From: Desulfosudaceae bacterium
GTDB lineage: Bacteria; Desulfobacterota; Desulfobacteria; Desulfobacterales; Desulfosudaceae
NCBI GenBank assembly: GCA_963674745.2
Contig: CAXXDV010000001.1
Coordinates: 224,001-288,000, forward strand
Length of the DNA: 64,000 nucleotides
Direction: 5' to 3'
The translations under genes and the position numbers were made by a program. This document shows positions 56,923 to 64,000 of this stretch, one piece after another (positions within the stretch are counted from its first letter, which is position 1; every line of letters starts with the position of its first letter). Under the pieces are notes generated by a model. The model was not told where the DNA came from. It saw only the letters and a program-made list of their open reading frames with translations, and did not search any database.

Positions 56923-57999
56923 TTAGTTCTTATTTTCTAAGTTCAACAGCGGCAAAAGGCCTTTCTGATCTGGATCAATGATGTACTTTTTGCCGAGTTT
57001 GGGAAAAACATCTTTGGCCATCTCAAGATAAAGACGTCGCCGGGTCACATCCTTTGCTTTGGAATATTCTTCATACAGGGCCAGAAATTTGGCAGCATCA
57101 CCCTCAGCCCGGTTGATCCTGTCCAGAGCATAACCTTCCGCCACCCGGATCATTTTTTCAGCCTCCCCCTTGGCCGCGGGTATGGCCTGGTTATACTCTT
57201 TTCTGGCAGTAAAAATCATGGTCTCTTTTTCCTGTTCCGCCTTGTTGACCTCATTGAAGGAAGGCTGCACCTTGGGCGGCACATTTGTCTTTTTAAGCTC
57301 CAGGTTCGTAATCCGAATACCCGTCTCAGCGTCTTTCAGCTCCTTCTGGAGCAGTTTCCGGCATTCAGAAGCGATCTCTTCACGTTCAAAAAGCACCTCA
57401 TTAACACTGCGGTCTCCGACAATCAGACGCATGGAGGCTTCGGCCAGGTCCCGGAGCAGCATTTCAGCCCCTTCAACTTTGAATAAAAATTTTACGGGAT
57501 CTTTAATATTGTATTGCACCACCCAGGGCACAACCGCCACATTCAGGTCTCCGGTCAGCATCAGGGATTCATCATACTGACTTACCTGGGCGCGATTCGT
57601 TGAGTATGACGTCACCTCAGTCAGACCAAAAACCTCCCGCCGGTAATCTTCGACATTAACAATATTCAAGGTGTCAATCCCTTTGGGCAGCTTAAAATGC
57701 AGGCCGGGATAAGTCGTTTTTATATGTTCGCCAAACCGCCGGATAACGCCCACTTCCCGTTCTTCAACCTTATATGCCATGGTAGACACAAAAAAGACGG
57801 CCAGTATCGCCAGAACAATCAGCAGAATGGGCAGCCAGGAAAAGTTAAAATCCTTGAGTTTGTTCATCATATCATCCATCTGCGGCGGCATACCGCCATT
57901 GCCCCCATGGCCGCCATCGTCGGACCGCTGACCCGATCTTTTTTTCTGCTGCTGCTGGAGCTTTTCCCAGTCCCAGTTCATTGTCTTGCCTGTTTCCAT
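56923..57999 (-). CDS. hflK: FtsH modulator HflK
   Basis: MLTGDLN, VQPSFNEVNKA, AEGDAAKF, VTRRRLYLE. Confidence 0.93.
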   Translation of the reverse strand: METGKTMNWDWEKLQQQQKKRSGQRSDDGGHGGNGGMPPQMDDMMNKLKDFNFSWLPILLIVLAILAVFFVSTMAYKVEEREVGVIRRFGEHIKTTYPGLHFKLPKGIDTLNIVNVEDYRREVFGLTEVTSYSTNRAQVSQYDESLMLTGDLNVAVVPWVVQYNIKDPVKFLFKVEGAEMLLRDLAEASMRLIVGDRSVNEVLFEREEIASECRKLLQKELKDAETGIRITNLELKKTNVPPKVQPSFNEVNKAEQEKETMIFTARKEYNQAIPAAKGEAEKMIRVAEGYALDRINRAEGDAAKFLALYEEYSKAKDVTRRRLYLEMAKDVFPKLGKKYIIDPDQKGLLPLLNLENKN

Positions 58000-58226
58000 A
58001 ATAAAAATTCCCTGAAAAACATTTCAGTCGTCGACAGACGCACTTGATTGTATGGTAAGTATGTTGGCTTTCTGTGCCTTTAAACCATACCGGGTGAGAA
58101 TTGTCAACCGGCTGCCTTTCAATATCTTTTGATTTTTATTTTGTTTTCCTTTATGACGATACCATTGAACACAATACGCCCCGTCAGACGTTTACACGTT
58201 TTTGGGGCACCTCTGCGGAAGGCAAA

Positions 58227-58538
58227 ATGACCGGCAAAAACAAAAAAAAAGAACTTGAACACATCGGCGACATTATCAAGATCACGCTGGAAAACTGGGT
58301 CAACACCGCCGGCGAACCGATTACCCGGATATGGCAGGTATGGGATGCGGCCGTGGGCAGCCAGATCGCGGAAAGCGCCCGTCCCGCCTACCTGAAAAAC
58401 AAACTGCTCGTTGTTCACGTGCCCAGCTCGGTATGGATACAGCAGCTTCAATTTTCAAAAAAAAATATTATTGAAAATCTAAACGGCGCCGCCGGAAAAC
58501 ATCTTGTGTCCGAAATTAAATTTAAAGTTGAGTCCTGA
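58227..58538 (+). CDS. DUF721 / DciA-like protein
   Basis: IWQVWDAAVGSQIA..ARP......LVVHV.SSVWIQQLQF....IIENLN; probable start at ATG 58227. Confidence 0.85.
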   Translation: MTGKNKKKELEHIGDIIKITLENWVNTAGEPITRIWQVWDAAVGSQIAESARPAYLKNKLLVVHVPSSVWIQQLQFSKKNIIENLNGAAGKHLVSEIKFKVES

Positions 58539-59271
58539 ATATCCCCCAAGCCAGCGTTATACGGAAGACGCATTTTTTGACGGTCGACTGCGTGTCAGGC
58601 AGAGCGCCGACGGCTACCGTTTTTCGCTGGATGCCGTTATTCTGGCCTGGCATGTCGCCCCGGCAGCCGGGGCCAAAGTGGTGGACATCGGCACCGGCTG
58701 CGGCATTATCCCGCTGATCCTGGCCTACCGGCACCAGGGCATCACCATTGAAGGATTGGAAATCCAGCCCCAACTGGCAACCCTGGCCAGAGAAAATGTG
58801 ACCGCTAACCGGATGGAAGACCGCATTACGATCCATTGCGAAGATATTACCCGGGCGGCCGCGAAAATGCCGGCCGGAAAAACCGATCTGGTCATCTGCA
58901 ACCCGCCATTTCGAAAAACCGATGACGGGCGGCTCAACCCCAACCCGGAACGGGCCATTGCCAGGCATGAAATAACCGCCACCCTGGCCGAAATCATCGC
59001 CGCTGCCGGAAGACTGCTGCGAACCGCCGGAGATTTCGCAGCCGTTTATCCCGCCACCCGCCTGGTTGACATGGTTTCTGCTCTCCGGCAGGAAAACATC
59101 GAGCCCAAAGAGCTCAGGATGATCCATTCCCGGACGAACGAGCCGGCTAAACTGATACTGGTAAAGGGTAAAAAAAACGGGCGTCCGGGTATCGCCGTAC
59201 CCGCCCCCCTGATCATCTACCATGATGACGGGACGTACACCGCTGAAGCCAAAAAAATGTTCGAACCCTGA
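58504..59271 (+). CDS. tRNA1(Val) A37 N6-methyltransferase-like (YfiC/TrmN6 family)
   Basis: GYRFSLDAVIL, VDIGTGCG, CNPPF, AIARHE. Confidence 0.85.
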   Translation: MCPKLNLKLSPEYPPSQRYTEDAFFDGRLRVRQSADGYRFSLDAVILAWHVAPAAGAKVVDIGTGCGIIPLILAYRHQGITIEGLEIQPQLATLARENVTANRMEDRITIHCEDITRAAAKMPAGKTDLVICNPPFRKTDDGRLNPNPERAIARHEITATLAEIIAAAGRLLRTAGDFAAVYPATRLVDMVSALRQENIEPKELRMIHSRTNEPAKLILVKGKKNGRPGIAVPAPLIIYHDDGTYTAEAKKMFEP

Positions 59272-59361
59272 AAAAAGCGCCTTTTTAAATTGACAGGGGT
59301 TTACCCGGGAGATTAGTATAATTTCGTCTGCGCCGACATACCGTGCGCAGGTGAAGACGCC

Positions 59362-59451
59362 GGAGAGGTGGCCGAGAGGCTGAAGGCTCCGCTCTCGAAA
59401 AGCGGTATCCTGCTTGCGGGATCGGGGGTTCGAATCCCCCCCTCTCCGCCA
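59362..59451 (+). tRNA. tRNA-Ser(CGA)
   Basis: GGAGAGG acceptor, CCGCT-CT-CGA-AA-AGCGG, long variable arm, GCCA end; TTGACA at 59290 upstream. Confidence 0.93.
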
Positions 59452-59524
59452 GCGCTTCTTCGAAACGCCGCGTTACATCTCCATCCCCGCCGGCCCCGGA
59501 AAACGCCGCAACAAAATGTACGTA

Positions 59525-61048
59525 CTATTTGTCGTCCGGCTCCGGACACGGCAGGCCGGTCGGATCAACGAAAAGGCGAAACGGCCGTCGGATATGCCAG
59601 TTTTCTCTCAGCGGATCATAATGTCCGATCACCCGGTCTTTTAATATCAGCTTGAAAAAAGATTGCCGCCGCGCCGTAAAGACGAACACGCGCGGCCGGA
59701 ATCCGGGCGGCAGCATTTTCTGAAAAAGTCCGGTATCGGCCAGGCGGTTATAAACAGACCTCACCGGCCACAGGGCAAGGGGCCGGGCAAAGACCCGAAA
59801 CCGGCACCAGGCAGCAATCATTCTTCCCGACCTTCCCCCGGCAACACACCGCCGTCGATTTCTCCGCCGGGCGGACACCACCCGACCCATGACCGCTTCC
59901 GGCTGAACCAGGCCGGGATCTTCCTGACGGTTATTATCACCCCGGGTCCGGATACCCGCCGCTGTTACGCTGATCACACGATGCACCACCGGGCCGGACC
60001 GTTCAGGGCATTGGTAGCAAATGACATCACCGACCTGGACAGGGCCTTTATATGGCAACACCGTCAGCAAATCCGGCTCTCGCAGGGTGGGGTTCATACT
60101 GGGGCCGGTATAGGCAACAAACAGCGTCTCGGCGCTGCTGGCGGAACTGTCTTTGGGTCCTGTCTCTATCGACTGCGCGGGCGGCTGCACCGGCAGATGA
60201 TCGCTCCTGGCAACAGACGGATCCTTATTTTCAAGGACGCGATCGATTTCATTCCAGAAAGCGCCGGTCAGGCTGATGCCAAACCTGAACACCGGAACAG
60301 CCCGCACAAGGTCCTCCACGGCGGTCAATTGCTGTTGATGAAGCGAATGGATTTGGACATCGGTCAGATGGCGCCGCATAGTATGGGATACATGCTGCAC
60401 CACGTCCATGAGCATGGCCGTAGCCGGCGCGGGAGCCAAAGACACGGCGCTGTCTTCCGGTGACCGGGACAGGATAAAGACGCCCCGCAAAGGAACAGGC
60501 CGCTGGACATCCCAGCTGCCGCCGGGCCCGGGAACGCCCTTGTCCGTGTAAAACCGGCTCCAGGTGGGCCAGGCATGCGCCCAATACCGGCCGCTGCGGT
60601 CCCGTACGATCAGGGCGGCGTCATCGCTTAAAGCGCGCCAGGGGTCGGACAGTCGACGACTGGCGGTGGTTTTGCCCACGCCGCCGACACCGGCCAGAAT
60701 AACGCCCTCGCCTTTTGGGTCCGCCACCAGTGCCCCGTGAACCAGCAGGCCGCCGCGGGACTGGATCTCTTGCCCTATGGCCAGGCCGATCTGAAGCATA
60801 CCGCTGGTAAGCAGGTTGACATTCGTAGGTGGCAAAATGGTAATGACGGCCGGTCCGGGCCCGGACAGGTTGGCCGGCGGACTTTCCGCCCGGCCGATGG
60901 TGACCAGCAGTTCCCGCCCCGATGTTCCCGGCTGCAACCGCATGGCCGCACCCAGGGCCTTGACCACGTCCGCAGCCAGCGGATGGCCGGCCCGAATGCA
61001 CCAGCGGGCACCGTCCGCCAGCCGGATCATCATTGGAAATGAGGTCAT
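59525..61048 (-). CDS. ScmC-like HPr-kinase-related P-loop protein fused to an S24/S26-type peptidase domain
   Basis: LLVHGALV...GVGGVGKTT...ALSDD...AWPTWS, then YTGPSMNPTL...VVHRV...TRGDNN...D...V....VMGRV. Start moved to the ATG at 61048 to avoid overlapping the precursor. Confidence 0.75.
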   Translation of the reverse strand: MTSFPMMIRLADGARWCIRAGHPLAADVVKALGAAMRLQPGTSGRELLVTIGRAESPPANLSGPGPAVITILPPTNVNLLTSGMLQIGLAIGQEIQSRGGLLVHGALVADPKGEGVILAGVGGVGKTTASRRLSDPWRALSDDAALIVRDRSGRYWAHAWPTWSRFYTDKGVPGPGGSWDVQRPVPLRGVFILSRSPEDSAVSLAPAPATAMLMDVVQHVSHTMRRHLTDVQIHSLHQQQLTAVEDLVRAVPVFRFGISLTGAFWNEIDRVLENKDPSVARSDHLPVQPPAQSIETGPKDSSASSAETLFVAYTGPSMNPTLREPDLLTVLPYKGPVQVGDVICYQCPERSGPVVHRVISVTAAGIRTRGDNNRQEDPGLVQPEAVMGRVVSARRRNRRRCVAGGRSGRMIAAWCRFRVFARPLALWPVRSVYNRLADTGLFQKMLPPGFRPRVFVFTARRQSFFKLILKDRVIGHYDPLRENWHIRRPFRLFVDPTGLPCPEPDDK

Positions 61049-61118
61049 TGTTTTATCTGCCGGCGATCGGGCAGTCCGAATGCCCTGCCGAAGGGGATAA
61101 GAAATTGAACCGGAAATT

Positions 61119-61403
61119 TTAAAAACCGCTTCCTGAATTACATTGCCCGCCGGGAAAATTCCCTGATAAACATTGCCCGCCGGCCGCATCTCCTATTTGA
61201 CATTTCGCCCCCGTGGCCGCGTTTCCGGTTTGACATTTACTGGATCCCGGGTTAAAGCCGGTTGAGCAACCGCCTCCCGTGGTATCTCCGGAACCGGGAC
61301 TGCAGGCCCCGGCCCCCTGATCTAAGGCATCCAGCCGGATCGCCCGGGGCGGCTCGTAGGTCAGGCGTTTGTTCTTTTTTGGGGCGGCATCGCTGTCGGT
61401 CAT
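61119..61403 (-). CDS. Putative RiPP precursor with a YxxP leader and six CxxG repeats
   Basis: Leader ...TYEPPRAIRL..., core CSPG/CSTG/CQTG/CQIG/CLSG/CNSG spaced 10-12 aa; GAGG RBS; next to a PqqD gene. Confidence 0.8.
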   Translation of the reverse strand: MTDSDAAPKKNKRLTYEPPRAIRLDALDQGAGACSPGSGDTTGGGCSTGFNPGSSKCQTGNAATGAKCQIGDAAGGQCLSGNFPGGQCNSGSGF

Positions 61404-61643
61404 CTGACCTGCTTCCTCTCAGATAAAACTTTTATTACCATCGCCGACTTTAGGCAAAGAACCGCTTTTGAGAAGCAATTGGAAAAAACGTTGGTTTGTC
61501 AGCGTATAAAAAAGCTATTATGTCTTCAATATAATAATAAACTAATACATAATACCCGTTCGTCAAACATTTTAACAGCTTTTTCATAAAGATAGACACA
61601 TGCAGCCGCCCTGTGATCACTCTCCGGATTATTAAGGACACCG

Positions 61644-61961
61644 CTAAAAATTGCCTTTGGGCCCGAAATACGTGCCGCCCGCATGCCATTCGAAGCCGAT
61701 AAAACCGTCCGCTGCCAGTTCTTCCAGCATGGAGACGACGTCCTGGGCGGCATTGACCGGCGCATCCGGAAATTGCTTGCTGACCGCGGTGATAATCCCG
61801 GCAACCGTACGCCGGCCGTCCACCAGTTGCCAGACAGCAAAACCCGTATGATTGAGGGCGATGGAGGCGGCCGTGTCCATGTTGACCAGCACGGACTCCC
61901 CATCAGGGAGCCTGTGACAGATGACTGCCGGATTGGCCAGTGGTATTGCCGTCTGTTTCAT
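61644..61961 (-). CDS. PqqD-family RiPP recognition element (ScmD-like)
   Basis: VLVNMDT...ALNHTGFAVWQLVDGRRTVAGI...VSKQF...DV..MLEEL...GFI. Confidence 0.88.
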   Translation of the reverse strand: MKQTAIPLANPAVICHRLPDGESVLVNMDTAASIALNHTGFAVWQLVDGRRTVAGIITAVSKQFPDAPVNAAQDVVSMLEELAADGFIGFEWHAGGTYFGPKGNF

Positions 61962-62253
61962 TGCGAATCTTTTGGGAAAATAAAACGCCTGTTAAATAAT
62001 CACCCTTTATCGCAAAACAATTCCCGGCTCAACAGTTCTTTAGCCCGATATTTCATAAATTTTCTTGACCTGAACACCAGAAAATGGTTTAACGACTTTC
62101 GACATGATACCGGTCAACGCTTTGGGCGGCTGGTATTTTGTACTTATATGTTATAAAAACGGGTTGTTGGGATCTTGCGGAATGCAAATAGATTTTTAAT
62201 TCAAACATATGGCATTTCCCGGGTTCATACCGGCCCTAAAGTTCCGATAATGC

Positions 62254-62344
62254 GGAGAGATGGCCGAGCTGGCTGAAGGTGCACGACTGGAAATCGTGTG
62301 TGCTGTAACAGGCACCGAGGGTTCGAATCCCTCTCTCTCCGCCA
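62254..62344 (+). tRNA. tRNA-Ser(GGA)
   Basis: CACGA-CT-GGA-AA-TCGTG, long variable arm, GCCA end. Confidence 0.95.
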
Positions 62345-62401
62345 CCTGATTTCGGACATTCACCGTAATCAAGGCGCTTGATTGCGTAAGGCGATTTTCC
62401 C

Positions 62402-64000
62402 ATGGCATACCTTGTTCTGGCCCGCAAATATCGTCCCCAGACGTTTGCGGAGGTAATCGAACAAACGCAGACGACACAGACCCTGACCAATGCGATTACC
62501 GGCGGTCGTGTCGCGCATGCCCTCCTTTTTTCAGGCCCCCGGGGCACCGGGAAAACGACCATTGCCCGTATCATGGCCAAAGCCATGAACTGTGAACAGG
62601 GCCCGACACCGACCCCGTGCAACCAGTGCCGGTCCTGCCGGGAGATCACATCCGGAAACGCGACGGACGTGTACGAGATCGACGGCGCCTCCAACAACAG
62701 TGTCGACCAGATACGTGAACTCCGCAGCAACATCAAATTCATGCCGGCTCACAGCCCGCACAAAATTTACATTATCGATGAAGTTCACATGCTGACGGCT
62801 TCGGCTTTCAACGCACTGTTAAAAACCTTAGAAGAGCCGCCGCCCCACGTCATGTTTGAGTTCGCCACCACCGAACCCCACAAGATTCCGATCACCATTC
62901 TTTCCCGCTGCCAGCGATATGACCTCTCGTACGTTTCCCTGGCGTCGATTGTGGCCCACCTGGCCCACCTCTGCGAAGCAGAAGGCTACCAGGTTGAAAA
63001 CCGGAGCCTGGAACTGATCGCCCGGGAAGCCGGCGGCAGCATCCGGGATGCCTTGAGCCTGCTCGACCAGGTCATGAGCTGTACCGGCAACGAGCTGGCA
63101 CATGATCATGTGGTCGACATCCTGGGCGTGACCAACCGGGACAGCCTGTTTTCCCTTTCCGGGGCCGCGCTTTCGGGGAACCTGCCGCAGATCCTGGACA
63201 TGATAGAAGACATGTACCGCAGCGGCATGGATATCAAAAAAATTTATGCCGACCTGATCGCCCATTTCAGGGACCTGTTGATCGTCAAGCTGGGAAAGAA
63301 CATGGAGACGTCGGCCGCCCTTCCCGCCCATGAGATTGAACGAATCGGAAAACAGGTCGAAAAAACGGCGGAAACCCATTTACACCAGGTCCTGACCATT
63401 CTTCTAAACGAAGAAAAAACCATCCGCTGGTCCAGCCAGCCGAAAATCGCCATGGAAATGGCGTTGATCAAAATCTGCCGGTTACAACCGCCGCTGCCTG
63501 TGGACACCCTGATTGAAAAGATCGAGTCGTTAAAGGACCGGTTTCTGGAACTGTCCGCCGGGGCCGGGGATGCCGCCGGCCCGACATCCGAGACGGCCGC
63601 GCCCACAGCCGGTGATCAATTTTCCGGTCCGGCACCGGCAGCACCGGAGCCGGCAAAAACAGAACCGGGCACATTCTCCGGCGCGCCTGTTACGACCGAC
63701 ACGAAGCCGGATACTATTGCCCCCCCCGCAGATGAAACCAGGCCGAAAAAGGCCCGGGTGGCCACGGAAAACATCCGCCCTGAAGAAGCCTGGACCGCCA
63801 TACGCGCCATCATTAACGATGGACATCCCATGCTGGCGGCGAATTTAAGAAACAGCGTCCTGTCAGGCATCCATGGCAACACAATTGAAGTCGATATCAA
63901 AGACTCCAAAATCGTCGTCGGCCTGCTCCAGCAGGAAGACAACCTGGCCGCCCTGAAGAAAATCTGCTCGACCTTCTATGAAAAAGAAATGAACGTCCGG
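62402..64000 (+). CDS. dnaX: DNA polymerase III subunit gamma/tau, 3'-truncated by the window edge
   Basis: Hand translation MAYLVLARKYRPQTF...FSGPRGTGKTT..., IIDEVHML, NALLKTLEEPP. Absent from the ORF track because it has no stop in the window. Confidence 0.96.
   Translation, partial: MAYLVLARKYRPQTFAEVIEQTQTTQTLTNAITGGRVAHALLFSGPRGTGKTTIARIMAKAMNCEQGPTPTPCNQCRSCREITSGNATDVYEIDGASNNSVDQIRELRSNIKFMPAHSPHKIYIIDEVHMLTASAFNALLKTLEEPPPHVMFEFATTEPHKIPITILSRCQRYDLSYVSLASIVAHLAHLCEAEGYQVENRSLELIAREAGGSIRDALSLLDQVMSCTGNELAHDHVVDILGVTNRDSLFSLSGAALSGNLPQILDMIEDMYRSGMDIKKIYADLIAHFRDLLIVKLGKNMETSAALPAHEIERIGKQVEKTAETHLHQVLTILLNEEKTIRWSSQPKIAMEMALIKICRLQPPLPVDTLIEKIESLKDRFLELSAGAGDAAGPTSETAAPTAGDQFSGPAPAAPEPAKTEPGTFSGAPVTTDTKPDTIAPPADETRPKKARVATENIRPEEAWTAIRAIINDGHPMLAANLRNSVLSGIHGNTIEVDIKDSKIVVGLLQQEDNLAALKKICSTFYEKEMNVR

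Noticed and set aside
61049..61189. 47-aa N-terminal extension of the ScmC-like ORF
   Set aside because: It overlaps the precursor gene in another frame; the ATG at 61048 is the more plausible start.

Overview
Bacterial chromosomal window, most likely a Desulfobacterota (deltaproteobacterial) genome; the taxonomy is inferred from protein style and gene order only. (1) 1-16.5 kb: a surface-polysaccharide nucleotide-sugar locus (UDP-glucuronate epimerase, nucleotide-sugar dehydrogenase, fused WbpB/WbpD-like protein, DegT/WbpE-like aminotransferase). It is interleaved with co-oriented accessory genes: three AAA_14/DUF4143-type ATPases, HEPN-MNT, an AbiEii-type pair, HicBA, an orphan MNT with a HepT stub, and a four-helix-bundle protein. 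Nearly every junction carries GTGDTTAD octamer arrays and other shared motifs. A non-coding 84/168-bp higher-order tandem array sits at 10.49-11.71 kb, with REP-like palindromes and a MITE nearby. (2) 16.5-48.1 kb: a GGDEF gene, then the alpha/spc/S10/str/rpoBC/secE-nusG superoperon with two near-identical tuf genes, no fusA between rpsG and tuf, five tRNAs, and a 95-aa parvulin-like insertion in RpoC. (3) 48.4-64 kb: LysM lytic transglycosylase, class I fumarase, groESL, an FmdB-type zinc ribbon, an unannotated bS22/AURKAIP1-like 31-aa ORF, hflKC, DUF721, a tRNA m6A37 methyltransferase, a three-gene SynChlorMet-like RiPP cassette between two tRNA-Ser genes, and the 5' part of dnaX. All family assignments come from motif recognition by eye; no searches were run.
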